From: Alphaproteobacteria bacterium
GTDB lineage: Bacteria; Pseudomonadota; Alphaproteobacteria; JAAXGF01
Length of the DNA: 64,000 nt
Direction of reading: 5' to 3'
Assembly: GCA_963555825.3 (NCBI GenBank)
Contig: CAUVXB020000001.1
Location: 1,920,001 to 1,984,000, forward strand
Shown here: positions 40,335 through 50,105 of the stretch, piece after piece
Position numbering within the stretch: position 1 is the stretch's first letter
Layout of the letters: every line of letters starts with the position of its first letter
Notes under the pieces: generated by a model
The model's database searches: none
Seen by the model: the letters and a program-made list of their open reading frames with translations, nothing else
What the model was told of the DNA's origin: nothing
Program-made: the position numbers and the translations under genes

Positions 40335-41429
40335 ATGCGCCTGTCATTCACCTTGACGACATATATTGCTCGGCATTTCCTGAGCGGCATCGCGCTCGTG
40401 CTGTTGGTCCTGGTCGGGCTGGTCGCACTGATCGACGTGATCGAGTTGCTGCGGCGTTCGTCCAGCCGTGAAGCGGCGACTTTCTTCGCGGTCCTACAAA
40501 TGGCGCTCCTGCGCGCACCATACCTGGCACAGAAGATTATCCCGTTTGCCGTCTTGTTCGGCGGCATGCTGGCGCTCACCCGGCTGACCCGAACCCACGA
40601 GCTCGTCGTGGCACGCGCGGCGGGTGTATCGGTCTGGCAGTTCCTGCTGCCCGGACTCGCGCTGGCTCTCGTGATGGGTGGGTTCGTTGTCACCGTCTTC
40701 AACCCCTTGGCGTCGGCCACGACGTGGCGCTACGAACAACTCGAGGCGAAGTTCCTGCGCGGCCGACCAAGCCTGTTGGCCGTTTCTTCGTCCGGCCTAT
40801 GGCTGCGCGAAGGCACCAAGGAAAGCCAGTCGGTCGTCCATGCACTGCGCGTCTCGCAAGAGGATATGGAACTCCACGACGTCATCATCTTCGTTTACGA
40901 GGGCACTGACCGGTTCGTGCGTCGCATCGACGCGCCGACGGCCAAATTGCAGGACGGGTACTGGCAGCTGCGCGACGCCTGGATCAGCAGGCCCGATGAG
41001 GCGGGTTTCTATGTCGCCGACTATCGCATCGACACGAAGCTGACGCTCGACCGCATCCAGGAGAGTTTCGCGAGCCCCGAGACCATGTCGTTCTGGGACC
41101 TGCCCGAGTTTATCGAAACGTTGGAGGCGGCGGGCTTCTCGGCCCGCAACCACCGCCTGCATTGGCACTCGATCCTCGCCGGACCGCTGTTGCTCTGTGC
41201 GATGGTGCTCATCGCGGCGACATATTCGCTTCGGCTCACGCGCCGCGGCGGCACCGGATTGTTGATCCTGGCCGGCCTGTTCACCGGATTTCTGTTGTTC
41301 TTCCTGAGTAAAGTCGTGCAAGCGTTGGGGCTGTCTGCAGGCATCCCCATCGTGCTCGCCGCATGGGCGCCGGCCGGGGTCTTTACGCTCCTAGGCGTCG
41401 CTATGCTCTTGCACCTGGAAGACGGGTAA
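40335..41429 (+). CDS. lptG: LPS export ABC permease LptG
   Basis: ELVVARAAGVSVWQ, LAAWAP; follows lptF. Confidence 0.92.
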   Translation: MRLSFTLTTYIARHFLSGIALVLLVLVGLVALIDVIELLRRSSSREAATFFAVLQMALLRAPYLAQKIIPFAVLFGGMLALTRLTRTHELVVARAAGVSVWQFLLPGLALALVMGGFVVTVFNPLASATTWRYEQLEAKFLRGRPSLLAVSSSGLWLREGTKESQSVVHALRVSQEDMELHDVIIFVYEGTDRFVRRIDAPTAKLQDGYWQLRDAWISRPDEAGFYVADYRIDTKLTLDRIQESFASPETMSFWDLPEFIETLEAAGFSARNHRLHWHSILAGPLLLCAMVLIAATYSLRLTRRGGTGLLILAGLFTGFLLFFLSKVVQALGLSAGIPIVLAAWAPAGVFTLLGVAMLLHLEDG

Positions 41430-41434
41430 AAACG

Positions 41435-43579
41435 GTGCGCGGCCTGTTCGCCGTCGTCTTGCTGGCGCTCGGATTGGCCGCGGCCGATGCCCGTGCGCAG
41501 ATCGCCACGCTCGACGGTTCGGCGCCCGTGGTGCTGCGCGCCGACGACGTCGCCTATGACAGCCGACAAGGTATCGTCATCGCAACCGGCAATGTCGAGG
41601 TCGCGCAGAACAATCGCATTCTCTTCGCCGACCGGATCACCTTTGACAAGCAGACCAACACCGTCAAGGCATCGGGCAACGTGTCCTTGCTCGAACCGAC
41701 CGGCGAGGTACTGTTCGCCGAGGAGGTCGAGCTGACCGACGAGATGAAGGAAGGCGTGATGCGCGACATCCGCATCATCCTGACCGACAACTCGCGGATG
41801 GCCGCGAACGGCGCAGTGCGTAGCGGCGGCTATCGTACCGAGATGCGCCAGGCCGTATTTTCGCCGTGCAAACTGTGCCCCGATAACCCCGACGCCGCGC
41901 CGCTCTGGCAATTGAAGGCGGCACGCGTGGTGCACGACCAGCGCCGCCACGAAATCGAGTACAGCGACGTCGTGCTCGAGGCCTTCGGTGTGCCGATCGC
42001 GTACGCGCCGTTCTTTTCGCACCCCGATCCGACGGTCAAGCGGCGCAGCGGTTTCCTGACGCCGACTTACCGCAGCGGCAGCGAACTCGGCTTCTCGTTG
42101 CAGGTGCCGTACTACTTCAATTTGGCGCCCAACCGAGACGCGACGCTCGCGCCGATCTTCACCACCAAGGAAGGTCCCGTACTCGTCGGCGAATACCGGG
42201 CGCGCACCGAACGTGGCGAATACCAGCTCGCCGGCAGCATCACCAACCCCGAAAGCCGCGGTCTCAACGGCGAGACGATCGGCGGACGCGACGTACGCGG
42301 TCATATCGAGGGTACTGGGGCCTTCCAGCTTTCAGATGTCTGGCGCTGGGGTTATCAACTCGATCGCGCGACCGACGATACCTACCTTCGTCGTTATAAT
42401 TTCAGTAACGAGGACACGCTCACCAGTCGGCTTTATCTGGAAGGCATCGATGGGCGGAACTATGCCGGCATAAATGGCTACGCGTTTCAAGGTCTAGAGG
42501 TCGACGACGATCCTGGCCAGGCGCCACTCGTCCTGCCCATCGCCGAATACAACCTGGTACTCGAAAAAGGCCTGTTCGGCGGGAATTACACGTTCGACGC
42601 CAATCTGATGTCACTGTCTCGGACCGAGGGAACCGATACCCGCCGGCTCTCCGTCGACGGTGGCTGGCACCTGCCATTCATTGGCAGCGCCGGCGACATT
42701 TACACCCTGAATACGCAGCTTCGCGGCGATCTCTATTGGGTCGATGATCTGGCGAATCGGGGGCGAACGGCATCGAGCGACGAGATCACCGGCCGCATCG
42801 TGCCTTCGCTTTCGCTCGACTGGCGTTATCCGTGGATCCGCCAAGCCGGCACGACGCGCCAAATCATCGAACCTGTCGCGAAAATTGCGGTCAGCCCCTA
42901 TGGCGGTAATCCCGACGGCATTCCCAACGAGGACAGTCAGGACTTCGAGTTCGACCACACCAACCTATTCGATCTGATGCGCTTCCCCGGGCTCGACAGG
43001 GTCGAGGGCGGACCACGGGTGAGCTATGGGTTGCGCGCGGGCGTCTATGGCATTAGCGGCGGCCGCACGACGGCGTTCTTCGGTCAAAGTTACCGCGTCA
43101 AGGCGGATTCAACGTTTGAGCGCGGCAGCGGACTCGAAGATAAATTTTCGGATTTCGTTGGCAGCGTGAACATTTCGCCGGCCGATTTCGTCGACCTCTC
43201 GTTCCGATTTCGGCTGGATCACGACGACCTTTCGCCGCGCCGGTCGGAGGTCAATTTGAATGGCGGGCCCAACTGGCTTCGCATCAACTTTGGATACCTG
43301 TCGCTCGACGACCCACCGGACAATCTCGACGATGACGTCGAAGCGCGTGAGGAGATCAACGTATCGGCCCGCTTTCGGTTCGCCTCAAACTGGTCAATCT
43401 CGGCAAACACCCGACGCAACCTGACCACGGACAATACGATTAGATACGGCTTCGGCATCAACTACGGCGATGAATGTCTGATCTTCTCGACCCGATTCGT
43501 CCGGAGTTTCACCCAAGATCGCGACGTCGAGCCCACAACGTCGATCCAATTCGTTGTCACGCTGCGTAATTTGGGCTGA
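41435..43579 (+). CDS. lptD: LPS assembly outer-membrane protein LptD
   Basis: Signal peptide, OstA-like domain, SPCKLC, RRSGFLTP, beta-barrel, terminal LRNLG. Confidence 0.94.
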   Translation: MRGLFAVVLLALGLAAADARAQIATLDGSAPVVLRADDVAYDSRQGIVIATGNVEVAQNNRILFADRITFDKQTNTVKASGNVSLLEPTGEVLFAEEVELTDEMKEGVMRDIRIILTDNSRMAANGAVRSGGYRTEMRQAVFSPCKLCPDNPDAAPLWQLKAARVVHDQRRHEIEYSDVVLEAFGVPIAYAPFFSHPDPTVKRRSGFLTPTYRSGSELGFSLQVPYYFNLAPNRDATLAPIFTTKEGPVLVGEYRARTERGEYQLAGSITNPESRGLNGETIGGRDVRGHIEGTGAFQLSDVWRWGYQLDRATDDTYLRRYNFSNEDTLTSRLYLEGIDGRNYAGINGYAFQGLEVDDDPGQAPLVLPIAEYNLVLEKGLFGGNYTFDANLMSLSRTEGTDTRRLSVDGGWHLPFIGSAGDIYTLNTQLRGDLYWVDDLANRGRTASSDEITGRIVPSLSLDWRYPWIRQAGTTRQIIEPVAKIAVSPYGGNPDGIPNEDSQDFEFDHTNLFDLMRFPGLDRVEGGPRVSYGLRAGVYGISGGRTTAFFGQSYRVKADSTFERGSGLEDKFSDFVGSVNISPADFVDLSFRFRLDHDDLSPRRSEVNLNGGPNWLRINFGYLSLDDPPDNLDDDVEAREEINVSARFRFASNWSISANTRRNLTTDNTIRYGFGINYGDECLIFSTRFVRSFTQDRDVEPTTSIQFVVTLRNLG

Positions 43580-43716
43580 CCGCCACCACGCCGCACCCGT
43601 CAACGCATGCGACGGCGTCACTCGGGGTGACGCTGCACCGTGGCGTTACGCGAAGATTTGATATATTCCTTGCGCGACCGATCGTGATCGGATCGGACCT
43701 CGAACGGTTTTCAGGG

Positions 43717-44997
43717 ATGAAACGTCACTACACCCTTGCCACACTCGCGTTCGTCATGGTCGCGCTGGTTCAGCTCACCCTTGCGCCCCATGCAACAGCG
43801 CAGGAGGTGCAGCGCATCGCGGCCATCGTCAACGACGAAGTCGTCTCGGTGATGGACTTGGTCGGCCGAATCAATTTGGTCATCTTTTCAACGGGGCTCC
43901 AGGATTCGGCCGAGACCCGCAAGCGTATCGGGCCCCAAGTCCTGCGCACGCTGATCGACGAGCGATTGCGCTTGCAGGAAGCGAAGCGTCGGAACATTAC
44001 CGTGACGGAAGCCGAATTGCGCGAAAGAATTCGATTGATCGAGCAGCAGAACAACATCCCCGAGAACCAGATTACCAAATTCCTGGAGGCACAGCGCATC
44101 GCACCCGAATCCATGTTTACCCAAATTCGATCGGAAATTTCCTGGATCAAGCTGGTGCGCCGACGGCTGCAATCGACCGTGACGATTTCGGATGACGAGG
44201 TCGACGAATGGTTCGCCCAACGCCAGGCGAGCGAAGGCCGGACCGAGTATCGTCTGTCAGAAATCTTCACCATCGTCGAAAATACCCGGGAAGACGCCGA
44301 AATTCGCGACAGTGCGACACGAATTGTCGACCAGTTGCGCGGCGGCGCGGATTTCGCAAGCATGGCTCGGCAGCTTTCGAACGGGGTCACGGCGGCAACC
44401 GGGGGCGACGCCGGCTGGGTTCTGCAAGAACAACTACAAGAGGAAGTCAGCGCCGCGGTCGTGGCGCTAGAACCGGGCCAAATTTCCGATCCGATAAGCA
44501 CGAGTGGCGGCTACCTGATCGTTCTTTTACGTGATCGCCGGGAACGTCTCGCCACGAAGCCCAACGAAGTAAAGGTCGCGCTGAAACAGATTCTTTTGCC
44601 CGTCTCGGGCGACGCCGGCGCTGACGAAATCGAGAGCCAAACAGAGCTCGCCCGGGAGATAAGCGGCACGGTCGCGGGTTGCGATGACATGGCCCGAACA
44701 GCCGCCGAGCTGGACCCATCAACCTCGGGCGATGTCGGCACCGTACGTATCGGCGATTTGCCGGTTACCCTACGATCGGCGGTGCTCGGGCTCGAAATTG
44801 GCAAAATCAGCCAACCCGTGCGAACCGAATCCGGCATCCATCTCTTGATGGTTTGTGAGCGGATCGAGCCGCCGGGATCGCGAATGCCGAATCGGGAAGA
44901 GGTTCGCGCCCGTTTGATGGAGAACAAGCTTGAATCTCTCTCGCGCCGCTACCTTCGTAATCTGCGCCGCGAAGCCTTCGTGGACATCCGTATATGA
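43717..44997 (+). CDS. surA: SurA-like periplasmic chaperone/peptidyl-prolyl isomerase
   Basis: IAAIVNDEVVS, parvulin motifs ADFASMARQLS and GGDAGW; lptD-surA-pdxA-rsmA order. Confidence 0.9.
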   Translation: MKRHYTLATLAFVMVALVQLTLAPHATAQEVQRIAAIVNDEVVSVMDLVGRINLVIFSTGLQDSAETRKRIGPQVLRTLIDERLRLQEAKRRNITVTEAELRERIRLIEQQNNIPENQITKFLEAQRIAPESMFTQIRSEISWIKLVRRRLQSTVTISDDEVDEWFAQRQASEGRTEYRLSEIFTIVENTREDAEIRDSATRIVDQLRGGADFASMARQLSNGVTAATGGDAGWVLQEQLQEEVSAAVVALEPGQISDPISTSGGYLIVLLRDRRERLATKPNEVKVALKQILLPVSGDAGADEIESQTELAREISGTVAGCDDMARTAAELDPSTSGDVGTVRIGDLPVTLRSAVLGLEIGKISQPVRTESGIHLLMVCERIEPPGSRMPNREEVRARLMENKLESLSRRYLRNLRREAFVDIRI

Positions 44998-46010
44998 CCG
45001 AGCGTCGTTCAGGCTCGCCACTCGCCGTAACGATGGGTGAGCCGGCAGGCATCGGCGGCGACATTTCTTTGAAAGCATGGCGACGCCGCACCGAGTTGGA
45101 GCGCCCATTTTTCGTCATCGACGATCCCGACCGCCTGCGCTCGCTGTCGGCACGGATGAACATCGACGTTCCGGTCGCCGAGATTGCCGAACCCGAAGAG
45201 GCGGCCGCGGCATTCGGTGAGGCGTTGCCCGTCCTGCGCCAATCGATCGATGCCCCGGTCGTACCGGGGAGACTCGACGCCGCAAACGCGCCGGCCGTCA
45301 TCGCCGCCATCGACCGTGCTGTTGCCCTGGCGATCGGCGGCAGGGTCGCGGCCATCGTGACCAACCCGATACACAAGAAGTGCCTCTATCAGGCCGGCTT
45401 CGATTACCCCGGCCACACCGAATATCTCGCTGCCCTGGCGGGTGGTGGCGCGCGGTCGGTGATGATGCTTGCCTGCCCGGGGCTGCGTGTCGTGCCGGTA
45501 ACCATTCACATGGCGCTCGGTGATGCCATCGCCGCGCTCGACGCCGACGACATCGTGCGCTGCGGCGCCGTCACCGACCACGCATTGCGACACGACTTCG
45601 CCATCGCAGCGCCACGCATCGCGGTCGCCGGGCTCAACCCGCACGCCGGCGAGGATGGCAGCATCGGCCGTGACGAGATCGAAACCATTGCACCGGCGGT
45701 CGCGCGGCTCGCCCGGGCGGGTGTCGATGTCAGCGGGCCCGCGCCGGCCGACAGCCTGTTCCACGCACGCGCACGCGCTTCATACGATGCCGTACTGTGC
45801 ATGTATCACGACCAGGCACTAATCCCACTCAAGACGATTGATTTCGACCGCGGGGTCAACATCACGCTCGGCCTGCCGTTCGTCCGCACCTCGCCGGACC
45901 ACGGCACCGCCCTCGACATCGCGGGCAGCGGCGCGGCGCGCGAGGACAGTTTGCTTGCCGCCCTCGCGACCGCCGCCGAGATCGCGCGCAACAGACGAAA
46001 CGATGGTTGA
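44994..46010 (+). CDS. pdxA: 4-hydroxythreonine-4-phosphate dehydrogenase
   Basis: TMGEPAGIG, PGHTEYL, GLNPHAGE, MYHDQ, RTSPDHGTA. Confidence 0.97.
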   Translation: MTERRSGSPLAVTMGEPAGIGGDISLKAWRRRTELERPFFVIDDPDRLRSLSARMNIDVPVAEIAEPEEAAAAFGEALPVLRQSIDAPVVPGRLDAANAPAVIAAIDRAVALAIGGRVAAIVTNPIHKKCLYQAGFDYPGHTEYLAALAGGGARSVMMLACPGLRVVPVTIHMALGDAIAALDADDIVRCGAVTDHALRHDFAIAAPRIAVAGLNPHAGEDGSIGRDEIETIAPAVARLARAGVDVSGPAPADSLFHARARASYDAVLCMYHDQALIPLKTIDFDRGVNITLGLPFVRTSPDHGTALDIAGSGAAREDSLLAALATAAEIARNRRNDG

Positions 46011-46860
46011 ACCGCCGCCGGCGGTCGCGCTGCCGCCGCTTCGCGAGGTTATCGCCCGCTACCGCCTCAGTGCCCGCAAGTCGCTGGGACAAAACTTCCT
46101 GCTCGATCTCAACTTAATCGATCGCATCGCCCGTGCCGCCGGTGACACCACGAGGACATCGATCATCGAAATCGGGCCGGGACCCGGCGGGTTGACGCGC
46201 GCCCTGCTCGCCAACGGCGCCCAAGCGGTGATCGCCGTCGAGCGCGATCCGCGGTGCATAGAGGCGCTCGCGGAGCTCGCCGGCGCCTACCCCGACAGGC
46301 TGCGCATCATCGAGGGCGACGCGCTCGACATCGACGCGGCATTGCTTGCGCCGGCGCCGCGCGCCATCGTCGCCAACCTGCCCTACAACATCGCGACACC
46401 GCTGATGTTCGCCTGGCTCGGCAACATCGGCGCGTTCACCAGCCTCACGCTCATGCTGCAACGGGAAGTCGCGTTGCGCATCACCGCCCGGCCGGGCAGC
46501 CGGGATTACGGCCGGCTATCGATCGCCGCTCAATGGCGCTGCGAGACATGGCGGCTGTTCGACGTGCCGCCCACCGCCTTCGTCCCGGCGCCGAAAGTGA
46601 CCTCGAGCATCGTCCGTTTCGTGCCGCGCCCCGAACCGCTCGCGCCAGCCGACGCGGCGACGTTGGAACGGGTCGTCGCGGCAGCCTTCGGTCAAAGACG
46701 GAAGATGCTGCGCTCGAGCCTCAGACAGCTCGGCGTCGACGCCGAAGGTCTTCTGGCCGACGCCGGTATCACACCGACATTGCGGGCCGAGGATATCGAC
46801 ATCGAGGGCTTCTGTTCGATCGCCCGCGCCTTCGCGGCGCGCGACGACGCCGCATCATGA
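46003..46860 (+). CDS. rsmA: 16S rRNA m6,2A1518/1519 dimethyltransferase
   Basis: KSLGQNFL, EIGPGPGGLT, ANLPYNI, QRRKMLR. Confidence 0.97.
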   Translation: MVEPPPAVALPPLREVIARYRLSARKSLGQNFLLDLNLIDRIARAAGDTTRTSIIEIGPGPGGLTRALLANGAQAVIAVERDPRCIEALAELAGAYPDRLRIIEGDALDIDAALLAPAPRAIVANLPYNIATPLMFAWLGNIGAFTSLTLMLQREVALRITARPGSRDYGRLSIAAQWRCETWRLFDVPPTAFVPAPKVTSSIVRFVPRPEPLAPADAATLERVVAAAFGQRRKMLRSSLRQLGVDAEGLLADAGITPTLRAEDIDIEGFCSIARAFAARDDAAS

Positions 46861-46953
46861 CCCTTGCAGCCGCCATGTCGGTCGTGTAGAGAGCGTCTCG
46901 AGCGAGGGTGGCCCCGTCGGGCCGCCCGTTGACCGGCGGAAGAGAACCCAGGC

Positions 46954-47049
46954 ATGTCCTGCGTTACCTGTACAGAACGGCGACGACGACGACATACGCC
47001 CGCACGACCGTGCGCGGCGTCCGCCGCCGGCTATCGCCTGTCCAGGTAA
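46954..47049 (+). promoter_or_regulatory. Putative Arg-rich leader peptide (uORF) upstream of GNAT gene
   Basis: MSCVTCTERRRRRHTPARPCAASAAGYRLSR-stop; codons CGG CGA CGA CGA CGA; purine-rich GGAAGAGAA upstream. Confidence 0.45.
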
Positions 47050-47159
47050 GCGCGCCACCACCAGAACCCCGCGTTCAGCGCACTTCCCGACATCGTCGAC
47101 CCGGCATGCGGACGCAATACGTCCCAACCAAGTTTCGACCAAAAAGCCGGTGTCTGACC

Positions 47160-47693
47160 ATGATTACGATCGTTCCCCAACGGCCCGCCGACGCGCCGAT
47201 CATCGAGCAACTCCTCGACGGCGCCTTCGAACCCGAGCGTCGGTTGCGGCCCGCCTATAGCCTGCGCGGCAATGCCGCACCGCTCGACGAACTCGCTTTT
47301 ATCGCGCGTGCCGACGGGCGGCTTGTCGGCACCATACAATTCTGGCCGGTGACGATCGGTCGTACCTCGGCCGCCTTGTTGCTCGGTCCGCTCGCCGTCG
47401 TGGAAGCCTTCCGCCGCCGTGGCGTCGCCGCCGCGCTGGTCGGCCACGGCCTAGATGCGGCACGCGATCAAGGCCACCGCATCGTCGCCGCGATCGGCGA
47501 GATGCCAGTGTTCGTGCGCTTCGGGTTCGTTGCAGCGCTTGATCAGGGCCTGACGATGCCAGTGCCGGTCGCGCCGGCGCGCTTCTTGGCTTGCGCGTTG
47601 ACACCGGGTGCGCTCGACGGCGTCGGCGGTGTCTTGGGATCGGCCGTGGCGGCCGGCGCGTCGCCAGTCAGGACGCTTCGCCGAGCGATCTGA
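47160..47693 (+). CDS. GNAT-family N-acetyltransferase (YhbS-like)
   Basis: LLLGPLAV, FRRRGVAAALV acetyl-CoA motif, FVRFGF. Confidence 0.88.
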   Translation: MITIVPQRPADAPIIEQLLDGAFEPERRLRPAYSLRGNAAPLDELAFIARADGRLVGTIQFWPVTIGRTSAALLLGPLAVVEAFRRRGVAAALVGHGLDAARDQGHRIVAAIGEMPVFVRFGFVAALDQGLTMPVPVAPARFLACALTPGALDGVGGVLGSAVAAGASPVRTLRRAI

Positions 47694-48315
47694 CGAAGCG
47701 GGCGAGACCTTCGTCGCGGCGCGTGCGACGCAGTCGCTCGGCCTTCAGGATGGCGCGGACATTGGCGACGCTCTCGTCGAGGACGTCGTTGACGATGACG
47801 TAGTCGTATTCCGGCCAATGGCTCATCTGTTCGGCGGCGAGTTTCATGCGCTCGGCGACGACCGTATCGGAATCCTGGGCGCGCCCGCGCAAGCGCCGCT
47901 CGAGCTCGGCCATCGACGGCGGCAGGATAAAGACGCGCACGACGTTTTCAGGCATCGCCGTGGCGAGGTCCCTGGCGCCCTGCCAATCGACGTCGAACAG
48001 CACATCGGTGCCGAGATCGAGCGCCTCGACGACGGGCGCGCGCGGCGTGCCATACGCGTTGCCAAAGACGGTTGCGTGTTCGAGCAGCTCGCCCTCGGCC
48101 GCCATCTCGTCGAACCGCTCTCGGTCGACGAAGTAATAATGTTTGCCTTCGCGCTCACCGGTGCGCTGCGGCCGGGTCGTCGCCGAGACCGACAGAGGCA
48201 TTTCCTCGAGGTCGGATATCGCGAGTGCGATCGCGGTCTTGCCCGCCCCCGAGGGGGACGACAGGACGAGCATCAGTCCTTGGCGGCCTATCATCGGCAT
48301 GGTCACACGCAACAT
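47668..48315 (-). CDS. gmk: Guanylate kinase
   Basis: SSPSGAGKT, SVSATTRPQR, YGTP, FILPPS; alternative start 48300. Confidence 0.96.
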   Translation of the reverse strand: MLRVTMPMIGRQGLMLVLSSPSGAGKTAIALAISDLEEMPLSVSATTRPQRTGEREGKHYYFVDRERFDEMAAEGELLEHATVFGNAYGTPRAPVVEALDLGTDVLFDVDWQGARDLATAMPENVVRVFILPPSMAELERRLRGRAQDSDTVVAERMKLAAEQMSHWPEYDYVIVNDVLDESVANVRAILKAERLRRTRRDEGLARFVRSLGEAS

Positions 48316-48317
48316 TC

Positions 48318-49205
48318 CTATTCGAGGTTCTGTACCTGCTCGCGCAACTGGTCGATCACCACCTTGAGATCGAGCCCGATGCGCGTGAGTTCGACATCCG
48401 TCGCCTTCGAACACAGGGTGTTGGCCTCACGGTTGAATTCCTGGCACAGGAAGTCGAGCCGGCGGCCGACGGCGCCGCCCGCTTCGATCAGTTCGCGCGC
48501 CGCGGCGACATGGGCACGCAGCCGATCGATTTCCTCGCGACCGTCGGATTTGACCAGCAACAACGCAACCTCCTGGGCAAGCCGCTCCTCGGGCAACGCG
48601 GGCGTCGCATCGATCAATGCGCCGACGCGCTCGTTCAGGCGCGCACGCAGCGCTTCAGGCTGCAGCGCGGCATTATCCGCCGCTTGTTCGGCGAGCTTGG
48701 CAATCTCGTCGAGTTGATCGGCAAGCACCGCGGCGATGCGCGCACCCTCGTCCTGGCGTGACGCAAGCAGCGCGTCCAGGGTCTCGCGTAAGTTGCTGAC
48801 GATCAGCGCGTCGCGCTGACTGCGCGTCTCGGGCGCCTCCTCCTCCTCCGCCAGCTCAACGACGCCACGGATTGCCAACAGTGCCTCGAGCGAGGGCGGC
48901 GCGGCATCGACGTCTTGGCGCAGTTCGCGGCAAACATCGAGCATCTGATCAAGCGCATCGCGGTTGACGCTGAGACGCGTCTGCCCTTGGCCACCGTCGA
49001 TTTGCAGGGAGACGGACAGGCTGCCGCGAGCGAACAACTTGCCGGCGATACGGCGGATTTCGGGATCGATCGCGTCCATACCGGCCGGCAGCCGGCACCG
49101 GACATCGAGCCCGCGTCCATTGACGCTCTTGGCTTCCCAGGCCCAGGCGACAGAGCCGTCCTGGCCCGCGCCACGCGCGAAACCGGTCATGCTGGCAACG
49201 GGCAC
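48318..49205 (-). CDS. yicC: YicC/YloC-family endoribonuclease
   Basis: SMTGFAR, KSVNGRGLD, GRRLDFLCQEFNREANTLCSK, REQVQNLE. Confidence 0.95.
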   Translation of the reverse strand: MPVASMTGFARGAGQDGSVAWAWEAKSVNGRGLDVRCRLPAGMDAIDPEIRRIAGKLFARGSLSVSLQIDGGQGQTRLSVNRDALDQMLDVCRELRQDVDAAPPSLEALLAIRGVVELAEEEEAPETRSQRDALIVSNLRETLDALLASRQDEGARIAAVLADQLDEIAKLAEQAADNAALQPEALRARLNERVGALIDATPALPEERLAQEVALLLVKSDGREEIDRLRAHVAAARELIEAGGAVGRRLDFLCQEFNREANTLCSKATDVELTRIGLDLKVVIDQLREQVQNLE

Positions 49206-49323
49206 TGGCTCCTCGTAAGGTAATGATTGCAGCGGTTTGCGTCCGCCATGGCGGGCCTAAGCACTATATACTCAGCGTACTGGAGCCAACAAGCCACCAG
49301 CGACGGAAACTGCGAAAGGCAGC

Positions 49324-50100
49324 ATGCGAAATCCACGGTCGATTCTGATCACCGGCGCGAGCAGCGGTCTGGGCGCCGCGCTCGCCGAGGCGTATGCCGC
49401 CGACGGCGCCACCTTCGCGCTCATCGGGCGCAACGAAGAGCGACTCGAGGCCGTCGCCTCGCGCTGTCGCGCCCAGGGCGCACAAGCCGAATGCGCCACC
49501 ATCGACGTCACCGATGCCGCCACGCTCGCAGCATGGATCGCCGACATCGACGACCGTGCGTCGCTCGACCTGGTCATCGCCAATGCCGGCATCTCGGGCG
49601 GCACGTCGGGCGGCGAAGGCGAGGATCAGGCGCGGCGCATCTTCGCCGTCAATCTCGACGGCGTACTCAACACCGTGTTGCCGGTGATACCGCGCATGCG
49701 CGCGCGGCGCCGCGGCCAAATCGCTCTGATGAGTTCGCTCGCCGCGTTCCGTGGCTTTCCTGGCGCGCCGGCCTACTGTGCGACCAAAGCAGCGGTCAAG
49801 CATTGGGGCGAGGCGCTGCGCGGCACCCTGCGTGGCGACGGCGTTGAGGTATCGGTCATTTGTCCCGGCTTCGTCCGCTCGGCGATGACCGATGCCAACC
49901 CGTTCCCGATGCCGATGCTGATGGACTCAGGCCCCGCCGCCGCCCTGATCAAGCGCCGTCTGGCGCGCAACGCCGCGCGCATCGCATTCCCCTGGCCGAT
50001 GTACGCGGCCGTCTGGTTCTTCGGCATGCTGCCGCCGCTGATCACCGACCCGCTGTTCGCCCGCCTGCCCGAGAAACCGACGCTGCCCGAGGACGTCTAG
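49324..50100 (+). CDS. Short-chain dehydrogenase/reductase
   Basis: TGASSGLG, ANAG, YCATK, PGFVRS. Confidence 0.93.
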   Translation: MRNPRSILITGASSGLGAALAEAYAADGATFALIGRNEERLEAVASRCRAQGAQAECATIDVTDAATLAAWIADIDDRASLDLVIANAGISGGTSGGEGEDQARRIFAVNLDGVLNTVLPVIPRMRARRRGQIALMSSLAAFRGFPGAPAYCATKAAVKHWGEALRGTLRGDGVEVSVICPGFVRSAMTDANPFPMPMLMDSGPAAALIKRRLARNAARIAFPWPMYAAVWFFGMLPPLITDPLFARLPEKPTLPEDV

Positions 50101-50105
50101 CGTCT

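Noticed and set aside
47668-47693. Overlap of convergent GNAT and gmk 3' ends
   Set aside because: A 26-bp tail-to-tail overlap is ordinary in GC-rich genomes
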